Source of the DNA: Octopus bimaculoides
Lineage: Eukaryota
DNA length: 64,000 nucleotides
Direction of reading: 5' to 3'
Assembly: GCF_001194135.2 (NCBI RefSeq)
Contig: NC_068982.1
Coordinates: 61,340,228-61,404,227, forward strand
How positions within the stretch are numbered: position 1 is the first letter of the stretch; every line of letters starts with the position of its first letter. Positions 1-11,995 of the stretch are shown piece by piece. The notes beneath the pieces were generated by a model, which was not told the origin of the DNA, made no database searches, and worked only from the letters and a program-made list of their open reading frames with translations. The position numbers and the translations under genes are program-made.

Positions 1-188
1 AACTGCTGGCCTTGTGCCAAAATTTGAAATCATTATTTTTAAAGTGCTCACATGACAAAAAAAAAATGTAAATGCTTTATGCATTTCATTTGTTTCTAGA
101 AAAGAAAATGAGATTTCTTCCCCCATTGGAAAAATTAATGTGCACATTAAGGGTGTGCAATTTGAAGCAAATGTACACACATACAAGT

Positions 189-420
189 GGAGGTGCAATG
201 GCCCAGTGGTTAGGGTAGCGGACTCGCAGTCATAGGATCACAGTTTCAATTCTCAGACCGGGCGTTGTGAGTGTTTATTGAGCGAAAACACCTAAAGCTC
301 CACAAGGCTCTCTACGTGTCTGTGGAGTGCTCAGCCACTTGCACGTTAATTTCACGAGCAGGCTGTTCCGTTGATCAGATCAACTGGAACCCTTGATGTC
401 ATAAGCGATGGCGTGCCAAC
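189..420 (+). mobile_element. tRNA-derived SINE (family A), internally deleted copy
   Basis: Head GGAGGTGCAATGGCCCAGTGGTTAGGG with a Pol III A-box (TGGCCCAGTGG) and a B-box-like GTTTCAATTC. Matches the reverse complement of copies at 5530-5913 and 7925-8315 but lacks their central segment. Ends in a (CA)n tract. Confidence 0.85.
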
Positions 421-779
421 ACACACACACACACACACATACTCACACACATACACACTCACACACATACACACTCACACAGAGAGCTATGCTATAGCAC
501 TGCCCTTAAAGACAATGTTGCCTTCAAAAATAGTACCAAAGATTTGTTATATTGACTCCCACGATCTGTGAACTGTTCTCTTTTTAATTAAACTTGATGA
601 GATTTGAACATGGAACATAAAGAGATGTAATCAAATACCACATTGCATTTTATTCAATGCTCTACTGATTATACCATCCACCAACAATGGAACCACACTT
701 AATCTTAGAGGCAATGTTACCCTGAAAGGCAGTGCTGGGCATCAATTATAATAAACCCCAGTACATACTGTAAACTGGA

Positions 780-927
780 TGTCATGAAGAATGGTATCCA
801 GCCATAAAAACCAAGCCAGACCAGACAGTGGAACACAATGCAGTACTTGGATCCATCAGATCCAATGCTATCCGACCAATCCCAGCATGGCTGTTAAATG
901 ATAATGATGATGATGATGATGATGATA

Positions 928-974
<47 letters not shown>

Positions 975-975
975 A
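780..975 (+). mobile_element. 3' part of a (GAT)n-tailed interspersed repeat (family D, probably RTE-type tail)
   Basis: ...ATCCAGCCATAAAAACC...CCAATCCCAGCATGG...GTTAAATGATAATGATGATG resembles the 3' ends at 46080-46225 and 48760-48935 and the inverted copy near 16640-16780. Confidence 0.6.
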
Positions 976-1570
976 AATAAAATTTATTATTGTTACAACT
1001 ACAAACAAGATGGTGATATAATGTACATTTCATGGTTTACTTACATAAATATATTAAAATGAATGTAAATTTTGTATTAACATATGTTATCCTTCAATAA
1101 CAAAAATGTTTTACAACTAAATCAAATTTCAGGAATTTGTCGTTAAGCAAAACTTGATGAAAATTCCATCTTGAATATTTCAGTTTGAAATCTGCTGTAC
1201 TATTTTCAATTTATATTGTATTATTTTTTTTTTTTGTTTCACTCATTCTGGGGCCACAGCCTAACTATGGCACCAACTTGAAAGGTTTAGTCAGCAAGAC
1301 TGACTCCAGTACTTATTCTGCTTTTTTAAAGTGTTGTACCTATTCTATCATTCTCTTTTCGTTGAACTGGTAAGTTACAAGCTTCAAACGAACCAACACC
1401 AATTGTCAAGCAGTAGCTCCTCTACAGCAAGAAACCTGTTCTGCTCTGGCCCTTTTCTCTCCTACTTTTCCCCGCTTTAATCTTTGTGCCCTCACATAAG
1501 GTTGCTCCTTTGGTGGGTTGTAGTCTTGCAAGGTGCACAGTAACCTTACTAGTACTGGTGCTACTATACA

Positions 1571-1637
<67 letters not shown>

Positions 1638-2754
1638 CAGGCTTCTATGCAGTTCCTCTCAACCAAATTCACTTGCAATGCATTGGTTAGCCCAGAAACT
1701 GTGTAACGAGACTGAGCATGAAACCACATGGTGGTGAAGCAAACATTTTAACCACACACCCAGGCCTGGTTTATCTATTTATTCATTTTTTTTCATCTCC
1801 TTCACAATTCCATCATGAACAGTATTAAAAATTATATTTAGGAAAATATCTATTTTTTTAAAATTAGCAACTCATCTCTTAACATAAGTTTTCATATATT
1901 GCTCATTATTTAACTGTGGCTTTGGGATAATAATGATTTCTTAAACAAGGCCATAAATTTGTGGAAAGGGGGTTAATGAACTGAATCCACCTCACATCTT
2001 AACAAGTGCCTTATTTCTTCAACCCTGGAAGGATAACAGATAACATTTACTTCTGCTGGATTGAGCTCAGATTGTAAATAACTATAACGAAATAGAACAA
2101 GGCATTTTGCTCAATACTCAAACAATTCTGCCAGGGTCAATAATTGTTTCTAATTTAGGCACAAGGCCAGTAATTTTGAGAGGAGTGAGTTGGCTAGTAC
2201 TTTATTTTATCAATTTCACAACTTCATGATTTGTACCTGTACTTCAAAGGGCCGACCTTGCCACATTCGGTATCATCCTGACTCTCCCTGAGAATTACAT
2301 TAAGTGTACACATGTCTGTGGACTGCTCAGCCACCAGCACATTAATTTCATGAGCAGGTTGTTCCACTGATCAGATCATCTAGAACCCTCATCATAGTAA
2401 CTGGCACTTTTTGTGTTGATTGATACCATTTCAGTAGAGTATAGGATATGAACAGAAGATCCTCTAACTTTGAATCAAACTGAGCTTGTCTTATGGAGAA
2501 CATGAAGAGCACAAGTGCCTGTGGCAAAACTCAGCCAACTTACTCTATAATACAATGAGTTGATAATTCTACTAATAAGATAAATGGAACCCTCAACTGT
2601 CAAAAGACATGTGAGATCCATTCCATCACTATTTTGAAAGAAAATTAGCAATATTAGAGAGAGACAGACAGACAGACAGACAGAGAGGTACCTGTGTTAT
2701 GTGTATGTCTGTGAGTGTGTATGTGAAATTGTGTCATGAATGTTAGGTAATTAC

Positions 2755-3125
2755 CAGGAGAGTATGATCACAAATGCAAGCAGCAGAAATGGGTTTCTTT
2801 CAAAGGATCTCAAGAAAAATTATTCAACATGGAGTGGAACTTCAAGAGCAGAAAGTCTCTCTCTAGGTTGAACTGCTACTTCTCTGCATTGCACAGTCAC
2901 AGCTCTGGTACTACAGAAAAGTCGCAGGAAAGATCACAAAACAGGTTCTTCAAGTCAATCCAACCAACAAAAGAACTTGGGGATAGACCAAAAGTGAGAT
3001 GGTTGGATAATACCCATAGTCTCAGTTGATTATGTTTGGGAATCCAGCAAGAAAGTTTAATGACAGTTGCTTCTGATGGGACCCTATGGATGACCCTAAC
3101 CACACAGCCCTCTGGGGAACAATGG
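2755..3125 (+). mobile_element. Degenerate RTE-clade LINE, C-terminal end of ORF
   Basis: Manual translation with stops and frameshifts gives RV*SQMQAAEMGFFQRIS...VELLLLCIAQSQLWY...DRPKVRWLDNTHSLS*LCLGIQQESLMTVASD. This follows the RTE C-terminal pattern (AEMxFLRRI...IExSQLRW.GH...GRPRxRW.D). Confidence 0.75.
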
Positions 3126-4001
3126 ACAGTGACAAAAGATGGATGGATATATTGTTTGTTAATTGAATGCACAGGAAGTCTATGCCTTCTCACCTACCCA
3201 GCTGGTGGGTTGCCATGGAGTGTGATCAGCAAAAGTATTTAAGGGCCAAGCAAGCCTATCACTATTTTTGCAATGTCTCAAAGAATCCATTTTTCCAGGG
3301 AGAAGAGGTAGGATTTAAATTCAGAATGCACAGAGCTGAAACAGGTATACAACAAGAGGAATTCTCTTCAACACTTTAACATTCTACCAATGCACCAGCT
3401 TGGACTTCATGTTTCAACTTCAAAACAAAAACAGAAAAGTAAAGTTAACCTCAGTGGAATTTGAATCCAGAAAGCTAAAACAACAACTGCAAGGTACTCT
3501 ATCCAACCCTCAAAAAATTCTGCCAATTCAATAGCCATTTACGTCTTTTTATGTACATACATTATTCATTTTATATTCATTTTTCCATGCTAGCCTGAGT
3601 TGGACTAATACCTTTATTGAGGCATTACTTTAGTAACACCTGCTTCTTTCTCAAGGGATTTATTTCATTCCCCATTTCTCTGAACATGTTCAGCTTCAGG
3701 ATGACTAGTTAACAGGGACTGTTAACATAATGACAACATTTCCATTTGAATGTTTCATGCAAAGATGCAGAAAGTAAACATGCACATGCACACACACACA
3801 TGTATGTATGTGTGCGTATGACAAGCTTCCATATAGTTTCTATTTACCAATTAATTCAAATCACAAGCATAGGGCTGCCCAAGATTACAGCATAAATCAC
3901 TTGCCCAAGGTGCCACACAGTGAGACAGAACTCAAATACATATGGTTACAAAGCAAACTTCATCTCCACACGGCCATGCATTTGTATATGTTGTATGTAT
4001 G

Positions 4002-4048
<47 letters not shown>

Positions 4049-5093
4049 NNNNNNNNNNNNNNNNNNNNNNNNNNNNNNNNNNNNNNNNNNNNNNNNNNNN
4101 NNNNNNNNNNNNNNNNNNNNNNNNNNNNNNNNNNNNNNNNNNNNNNNNNNNNNNNNNNNNNNNNNNNNNNNNNNNNNNNNNNNNNNNNNNNNNNNNNNNN
4201 NNNNNNNNNNNNNNNNNNNNNNNNNNNNNNNNNNNNNNNNNNNNNNNNNNNNNNNNNNNNNNNNNNNNNNNNNNNNNNNNNNNNNNNNNNNNNNNNNNNN
4301 NNNNNNNNNNNNNNNNNNNNNNNNNNNNNNNCACGCGCACATGTAACTTATGATTGTTGAAAAGCTAAAAAATAGAACAGGACAATTTGACAAAAAAAGC
4401 AAATGACCAGAAAATATTCCTGAAGTGTTATTATTTAAATGAAAACATTTTTTTTTTTTATCATTAATCTGTTTTCAAAATACAAAATACTGGAGGATTG
4501 TTTGACAGGAACTTTTACATGTATTGCAATAGTAATACAATTAGAAAGAATCTAGAACAACACATTAAGGAAAGAAACAAAACAATCAAGGAGAATTAGA
4601 GAGCTTCACATATGAGCAGAAAAACATGTTCAATAAATAATGTTAGGTGATAATATGACAAAAAAAAAATAATGAATAAAGGAGAGGAACAAAAGAATGA
4701 AAAGGGGGAAACAAAAGTTAGAAAAAGATAGGGATTTTTGCAAGTGCTGAAAATAATCAAAGTGTAGAATCTGTATATGCATGTTATCTGGACAAAATTC
4801 TAGGAGTATTCAGGAAGGTCTGAAGAAAATTCCAGCATTAAACAACTGTGTAAGCTTAGACAGTATACTTATTAATAATTATCTGGATTCCATAAGAATC
4901 CTGGTATTTGTATGTTGATCCTTTAGAATTGTGATATGGTCCAGTTGTCCTGAGATAGGAATCAAGTCGATGGAAGATACAGAATTCCTACTTTATGAAG
5001 ACGAGAAATCTTCAAATGTCTCCCTGCTAGACAACAGTGTTAGTTTCATGTTAGATCCAGCTCACAGAAAGACAGTGAGAAAGAGAGAGAGAA

Positions 5094-5127
<34 letters not shown>

Positions 5128-5529
5128 AGGGTGCAGTGAATAGCCTACTGTGGTTTAAAATCATCACTGAGATCGTAGATAACGAGCATTTGAGGAAGAG
5201 ATCTGATCAACAGAATGAGAGAATGGATAGGAAATTTATTCATAGAATGAAACTGCTCTGATTGAAGATAAGCCATTTGTAACAAAACAACCAGCATTGT
5301 TCCCTATGATCAATGACTATAGAAGTACATTAGAATCAGTTTTTACTTTTCACAGCAATAAAAGAAAAGAGCAATAACCAACTAGAACTGGTTGAAATTA
5401 TTACAATAATATAACATAACATAAAATTGTTTTTAAGAAATGATTGTTGATAATGGTGAAGATTTCCTCTCTGGAAGTCTGACCACTAGTTATGAGTATT
5501 GTCCCAAAGAAGATTTGAACACAACACTA

Positions 5530-5913
5530 TATGTTGGCACTCCGTCGCTTACGACGTCGAGGGTTCCAGTTGATCCGATTAGCGGAACAGCCTGCTTGTG
5601 AAATTAACGTGCAAGTGGCTGAGCACTCCACAGACACATGTACCCTTAACATAGTTCTCAGGGATATTCAGCGTGACACAGTGTGACAAGGCTGACCTTT
5701 TCAATTACAGGCACAACAGAAACAGGAAGTAAGAGTGAGAGAAAGTTTTGGTGAAAGAGTACAGCAGGGTTCGCCACCATCCCCTGCCGGAGCTTCATGG
5801 AGCTTTAGGTGTTTTCGCTCAATAAACACTCACAACGCCCGGTCTGGGAATCGAAACCGCGATCCTATGACTGCGAGTCCGCTGCCCTAACCACTGGGCC
5901 ATTGCGCCTCCAC
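5530..5913 (-). mobile_element. tRNA-derived SINE (family A), full length, with 14-bp target-site duplication
   Basis: Reverse complement starts GTGGAGGCGCAATGGCCCAGTGGTTAGGGCAGCGG. TGAACACAACACTA occurs at 5516-5529 and again at 5914-5927. Confidence 0.92.
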
Positions 5914-6604
5914 TGAACACAACACTACAAATTAATGAAATACATTACTTACAGAAGCTGCTACTTCTAACAGCAGTGAGCTTTACCTTCACTTAGTATT
6001 TATGCTGTTTTTATTGTTGTTAGTTACCTGGGTTAACCTTGATTGAGTAAATTTATATTCAAAGACTTCCAACCATGACCAACCCAATATTTTAAAGAAT
6101 ATCTATGAATGCATCATCTGATGAAGTATGGTTTGTGGTAGATCTGGTTGCTATTTCTTCCATATTGAAGCATTTTGTAGATGCCTCATAGAGGCTCCCT
6201 TGTTAGTTTATCATGGTACTTATTCACAATAAGGTTGATTAGGACACTGAAAGTTGTAAGACCAACAATGGAATAGAAACCATCAACCTCTAAGTCAAAT
6301 GACAGGCCAATACCAATATCATAGCACTAGGTCAGCAGCATCTGTTTGCTTAAAAACTGAAAATGGTGCAGTAAGTGGCTGATATGAAACCTCTGCTGTC
6401 GTCACTAACTTATGACCTCAGGGAAAAGTCATTAAGGTACCTCAACTTAATTAATCTTCCTACAAATAGATGCTCATCTTCTTTTAAACTGGAGTGGTCA
6501 TTAAGAGGACATAGCACTCAAATTACTTTTCCCAAGGATTTCTGGAAAATATTTAGATATCAAGAACCAGTGTCAGGGCAATAATCAATAATACTAAAAG
6601 CAAA

Positions 6605-6806
6605 CTCTTTTACTCTTTTACTTGTTTCAGTCATTTGACTGTGACCATGCTGGAGCACCGCCTTTAGTTGAGCAAATCAACCCCAGGACTTATTCTTTGG
6701 AAGCCTAGTACTTATTCTATCAGTCTCTTTTGCCAAACCGCTAAGTTACGGGGACGTAAACACACCAACATCGGATGTCAAGCGATGTTGGGGGGACATG
6801 CACACA

Positions 6807-6846
<40 letters not shown>

Positions 6847-7009
6847 CGACGGACTTCTTTCAGTTTCCGTCTACCAAATCCACTCACAAGGCTTTGGTCG
6901 GCCCGAGGCTATAGTAGAAGACACTTGCCCAAGGTGCCACGCAGTGGGACTGAACCCGGAACCATGTGGTTGGTAAGCAAGCTACTTACCACACAACCAC
7001 TCCTACGTC
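6605..7009 (-). mobile_element. SINE family B (TGGCTGTGTGGTAAG head, internal TA/TG microsatellite, AGTAAAAG tail), full length
   Basis: Near-identical to the reverse complement of 7168-7577 and 26812-27217. A/B-box-like head (TGGCTGTGTGG...GGTTCAGTCCC). Confidence 0.9.
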
Positions 7010-7167
7010 TAAAATATAATTGTTGTAAATGTTGTTGTTATTGTTATTGCTTAGCCCTACTCAGACTTGAGTTAACAGATCTATGATTCAAGTTTTCAAG
7101 CCATGACAAACTCATACTTTTTCAAACATGGCTGCGTCATTAAGAGATTAATGTCAAAACTCTGTAT

Positions 7168-7577
7168 GGGCTGTGTGGTAAGTAGCTTGCTTACCAACCA
7201 CATAGTTCCGGGTTCAGTCCCACTGCGTGGCATCTTGGGCAAGTGTCTTCTACTATAGCCTCGGGCCGACCAAAGCCTTGTGAATGAATTTGGTAGGCAG
7301 AAACTGAAAGAAGCCCGTCGTATATATGTATATATATATATATATGTGTGTGTGTGTATGTGTTTGTGTATCTGTGTTTGTCCCCCTAACATTGCTTGAC
7401 AACCGATGCTGGTGTGTTTATGTCCCCGTCACTTAGCAGTTAGGCAAAAGAGACCAATAGAATAAGTACTAGGCTTACAAGGAATGAGTCCCGGGGTCGA
7501 TTTGCTCAACTGGAGGCGGTGTTCCAGCATGGCCACAGTCAAATGACTGAAATAAGTAAGAGAGTAAAGAGTAAGAG
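7168..7577 (+). mobile_element. SINE family B, full length
   Basis: GGCTGTGTGGTAAGTAGCTTGCTTACCAACCAC...GACTGAAATAAGTAAGAGAGTAAAGAG. Inverted relative to 6605-7009. Confidence 0.9.
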
Positions 7578-7924
7578 TATGCGTAGATGTGTGCATGAGT
7601 GCATGTGTTTGTGTCTTTCTTTATGTTCTGTAACTTAGCAGTTTGACAAATAAATATCAGTAAGTACCAGAATTTTAAAAAATAAGTTTTAGGGTCAATT
7701 GGTCGATAGTTCATTATTGTCTTTTAAAACAGTAATCAGGACACATCAGATGAATTCTCACCAGCTTGATTCTATGTAATGTTTCTTTGAATTATAAAAT
7801 CTAGATAGGAGGCTGCCAACAAATTTGTAAAAATATTGTATAGTGACGGGTGAATAAGCAGACACAACATGGGGTTGTGTTTTATTGATGTTATGGCAAC
7901 CTCTTTAGTACTGGTATCGTTATA

Positions 7925-8315
7925 TTGTTGTTGTTGTTGGCACTCCGTCACTTACGACGTCGAGGGTTCCAGTTGATCCGATCAATAGAACAGCCTGCTC
8001 GTGAAATTAATGTGCAAGTGACTGAGCACTCCACAGACACGTGTACCCTTAACGTAGTTCTCGGGGATATTCAGCATGACACAGTGTGACAAGGCTGACC
8101 CTTTGAATTACAGGCACAACAGAAACAGGAAGTAAGAGTGAGAGAAAGTTGTGGTGGAAGAGTACAGCAGGGTTCGCCACCATCCCCTGCCAGAGCCTTG
8201 TGGAGCTTTAGGTGTTTTCGCTCAATAAACACTCACAACACCCGGTCTGGGAATTGAAACCACGATCCTATGACCATGAGTCCGCTGCCCTAACCACTGG
8301 GCCATTGCGCCTCCA
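7925..8315 (-). mobile_element. tRNA-derived SINE (family A), full length
   Basis: Same sequence and orientation as 5530-5913. A (TTG)n tract at the left end is the (CAA)n tail. Confidence 0.9.
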
Positions 8316-9134
8316 AATATCATTATATAAGGCACCCAGTTTACACTGTAAAATATTTGATGCTTGGGAGGACATAAAGATCATGCCATAAACAGAAAGT
8401 TAGATGTGAGACATGGTCTCCTATTTCATCTAGGAGTGCAATAACACTGAATAGGAACTGATTAAGACTGTGACAAGTCAGCCAACCCACACCAGCATGG
8501 ACAACACAAAGACAACACAATGACAATGAAAGCAATGGCAATAACAACAACAACAATGAAATGGATAGTTGGCCTTGTGGTGAAGGAAGATGAGGTGATG
8601 GTGGGGGTGGCAGTGGCTGGCAACAGCGGCAACAGAGATGGTGACTGAAGTGGCACATCAGAGGCAGTGGGAACAGCAGTAGCACTGGTGGTGGAACTGG
8701 CAGCACCAGCATTGGAACCAGCAGCAGCAGAGGTGGCAATGACAGCAGTGGCAGCAACAACAGGGGGGTGGGGGGAGCACGTGGCTGAAGTATTTTCTGT
8801 CCTAGCATTTATCATACAGACAAAGGATATGCAATCTCCATGAGGATTTATCACAGATAGGTAAATTTAGCATTTGTAAGGGGTGGGGATGATAGGAGTT
8901 ATGTATTGCTAATAAGTAAAGGATTCTGGAATTATGTGGGTATCTGAGTATTGTGGTGGCTGCTGCTGCTGCTATTGTTGTTTAGGTTTACTCAGCCAGG
9001 TCAGCTCTGATCAAAAGCATTCCAGCTGTGGCCATTAAGACTTTTCCTGAATACAGTGCACTTAGAACCACAATATTTGAAATGTAACTCTTTCCTACAA
9101 TAATGAAGAAGTTACATTCTCAAGTCATGCCATC

Positions 9135-9359
9135 TAATAAGGGCCAGTTTCCTGGTTTCCATGGAATATATATCCCCTAACCTAGACAAGATGCCAGTCC
9201 TTCACAGGATTACTCACTTTTGCTGGCTCAGTGGGCCGGAGTAACCTGAAATGAAGTGCTTTGCTCAAGAACACAATGCATCGCCTAGTCCAGGAATTGA
9301 AACCACAATCTTATGATCATGAGTTCAACACCCTAACCACTAGGTCACGCACCTCCACT
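9135..9359 (-). mobile_element. tRNA-derived SINE (family E)
   Basis: Reverse complement: GTGGAGGTGCGTGACCTAGTGGTTAGGG...GTGTTCTTGAGCAAAGCAC...GGACTGGCATCTTGTCTAGG...CCATGGAAACCAGGAAACTGGCCC. The tail is shared with 16330-16435. Confidence 0.75.
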
Positions 9360-9985
9360 AACAATGCTAAGACATGATTTGTGGAAAGTTTGCCTATTAT
9401 TTTTAGCAGTCTGATGTCCCATCATGGACACATTTTTGAGGCTGTTTCTTTTATAAGATAAGATGAAGCTAACAAGTCCTTATGACAATGTGTATTGGAA
9501 CTTTCCATTTAGCAGAAGTGTAGGTCAAATTTTCTAACAATTTAAAGGCAACAACAGAAGACAATTNNNNNNNNNNNNNNNNNNNNNNNNNNNNNNNNNN
9601 NNNNNNNNNNNNNNNNNNNNNNNNNNNNNNNNNNNNNNNNNNNNNNNNNNNNNNNNNNNNNNNNNNNNNNNNNNNNNNNNNNNNNNNNNNNNNNNNNNNN
9701 NNNNNNNNNNNNNNNNNNNNNNNNNNNNNNNNNNNNNNNNNNNNNNNNNNNNNNNNNNNNNNNNNNNNNNNNNNNNNNNNNNNNNNNNNNNNNNNNNNNN
9801 NNNNNNNNNNNNNNNNNNNNNNNNNNNNNNNNNNNNNNNNNNNNNNNNNNNNNNNNNNNNNNNNNNNNNNNNNNNNNNNNNNNNNNNNNNNNNNNNNNNN
9901 NNNNNNNNNNNNNNNNNNNNNNNNNNNNNNNNNNNNNNNNNNNNNNNNNNNNNNNNNNNNNNNNNNNNNNNNNNNNNNNNNNNNN

Positions 9986-10025
<40 letters not shown>

Positions 10026-11214
10026 TCAGAGCAACTGAGCAAACAAGATTTTCCTTAAGTTATAGTTAATAACAAGGATGCCTCCATCCATCTTTCCCCC
10101 ACCTTCCCTTCATCACCAGCTTCAAGAGATTAATAACCAAAAGAGTTTAAACCTTAATGACAGATTGAATAATAAAAGCTTCAATTCGAGATATTTCATC
10201 TTGAATCCTCAATAAACAACACCAACAACAGAGAAGACAAGTAAAAACAAAAACAAAAAAAAAGGCAAACAGTTCATTTATTTTGGCCAGTACTTGGGGA
10301 GATGTACAGTTAGAAATGATCATCATAATCATCATCAGCAGCAACAATAGCTATATAAAACAACACAGTGGGGGAGGGGTGTAAAAATGTAAACAAATAA
10401 CAGCCGTAAAGACAGATTGATCCAACAGAAGTGCTGCATCTTAGAAGGTTGTGAAAGAAACAAATGTAAACTTTTCATTTTTCTCGAGTTTTCTTTTGTT
10501 TGCTGTGGTACTTTATGATTTCTCATTAATTTTTCATCCTTTAAATTTGGAAAAGTATCATCAGTAACACAAAATATTTAAACACAATACTCACTCATTA
10601 TACATATATGTGTGCATGTGTTTAAACACAAATACACACACACACACACATTCTCAAACACAGATATGAATATACATATTATCAATATATGGATTAATAT
10701 TTTGTTTTTTTTTTTATGGGAAATAGTCTAAAATATTATCAAATCAAAATTATTAACATTAAAAAAAAAATATGAAATAAACTCTAATGAGATAAGAAAA
10801 AGAAGATATGTTGACATATTAATATTTTCATGGTTTTTTTTTGGGGGGGGGGGGGTATTTGTTTTTTTGTTTTTTGGGGTTTTTTTTTTTTCTTACATTG
10901 TCTACAGTGTCTCTAAAACTATAATTGGAAACCATTATTACTCTGAAGTTGATGTGAAAACAGACTCACACTTGTGTGGATCAGGGGTTACATTTGCACA
11001 TCACCAAGGTGGCAAGACAAAATTAGTAGAACTAAAGAATACTAAGACATGAGAAGAGCCACAGGCCACTGCAACACAGCTCAGTCCTAACTTTCATCCT
11101 TTTATCACCCATTTGTCCCAATATGTTAGTAAGAGGGAAATGTGTAGTATTCGTCACAATGACAGGTCGTTCTAGAGCTGATAAGACCAATGCAGCTGAT
11201 GTCTACCCTGGGTT

Positions 11215-11401
11215 GATATGAAGAGTAGATGATATGAAGAGTAGATGATATGANNNNNNNNNNNNNNNNNNNNNNNNNNNNNNNNNNNNNNNNNNNNNNN
11301 NNNNNNNNNNNNNNNNNNNNNNNNNNNNNNNNNNNNNNNNNNNNNNNNNNNNNTAGATGATATGAAGAGTAGATGATATGAAGAGTAGATGATATGAAGA
11401 G
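11215..11401. repeat. 16-bp minisatellite (GATATGAAGAGTAGAT)n spanning an assembly gap
   Basis: About 2.5 units left and 3 units right of the N-run, in the same orientation. Confidence 0.9.
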
Positions 11402-11779
11402 GAAACTGAATGTCTGATTTGAATGCTTGCAAAAGAGTGAACTCAGCTAAAGGCACCCAAAGATAAGTAAGATAAAGAGGAGCATTTTATGCCAACCGCT
11501 GCTGAAACATTGTAGGGTTTCTGTCAGTCAGAGTTGATCCTGCATCTGCACCTGTATATGCTGCTCTGGGAATACAGTCTTTTTGTTTTGCCTTTTTTTT
11601 TCAAGGTGGGGAGACTAGCAGTTATCTATACATGTAAGATTCCTCTCTCTTTCTCTCTTTGCCATGAATGCTGTCCAGAGGATAGGCTATTCTTAAAGGT
11701 TGATACAATTTGGCTCCAATGTCATTGCAGATGCTGGTATTAAAATATAGAGGACTGGTGCACATATTTTTTTGTCTTT

Positions 11780-11995
11780 CTAATTTTGGCACAAGGCCAG
11801 CAATTTTGAGGGAGGGGGCAAGTTGATTACATCAACCTCAGTACTTTACTGGTACTTTATTTCATCAACCCCGCCCCAAAAGGATGAAGGACAAAGTCAC
11901 TCTCAGTAGCATTTGAACTCAGATTGTCAAGTCAGAAGAAATGCTGCTAAACATTCTGTCCAGCATACTAATGATTCCGCCAGCTCACCTACTCT
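11780..11995 (-). mobile_element. SINE family C (CTTTCATCCTTT core; ...CCTTGTGCCAAAA tail)
   Basis: GGCACAAGGCC...AAAGGATGAAGGACAAAGTC...TTTGAACTCAGA...ATTCCGCCAGCTCACC is the reverse complement of the family C copies at 18.8-19.5 kb. Confidence 0.8.

Noticed and set aside
189-270. tRNA-like sequence (also at 5830-5913, 8240-8315, 9280-9359, 16155-16230)
   Set aside because: These are SINE heads that continue directly into SINE bodies, and I saw no complete cloverleaf, so they are not called tRNA genes.
4927-5074. Possible exon (CTTTAG| ... IWSSCPEIGIKSMEDTEFLLYEDEK...RKT |GTGAGA)
   Set aside because: No recognisable homology, modest splice signals and no compatible partner exon identified.
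8341-8854. 155-aa and 130-aa ORFs rich in P/L or A/T/S
   Set aside because: Cryptic GCA/GGT/ACA trinucleotide low-complexity sequence, similar to 21420-21530, 38860-38980 and 41590-41720.
8806-8860. Possible 55-nt exon HLSYRQRICNLHEDLSQI with TCCTAG| and AG|GTAAAT
   Set aside because: Plausible signals but no independent support; such patterns arise often in AT-rich DNA.
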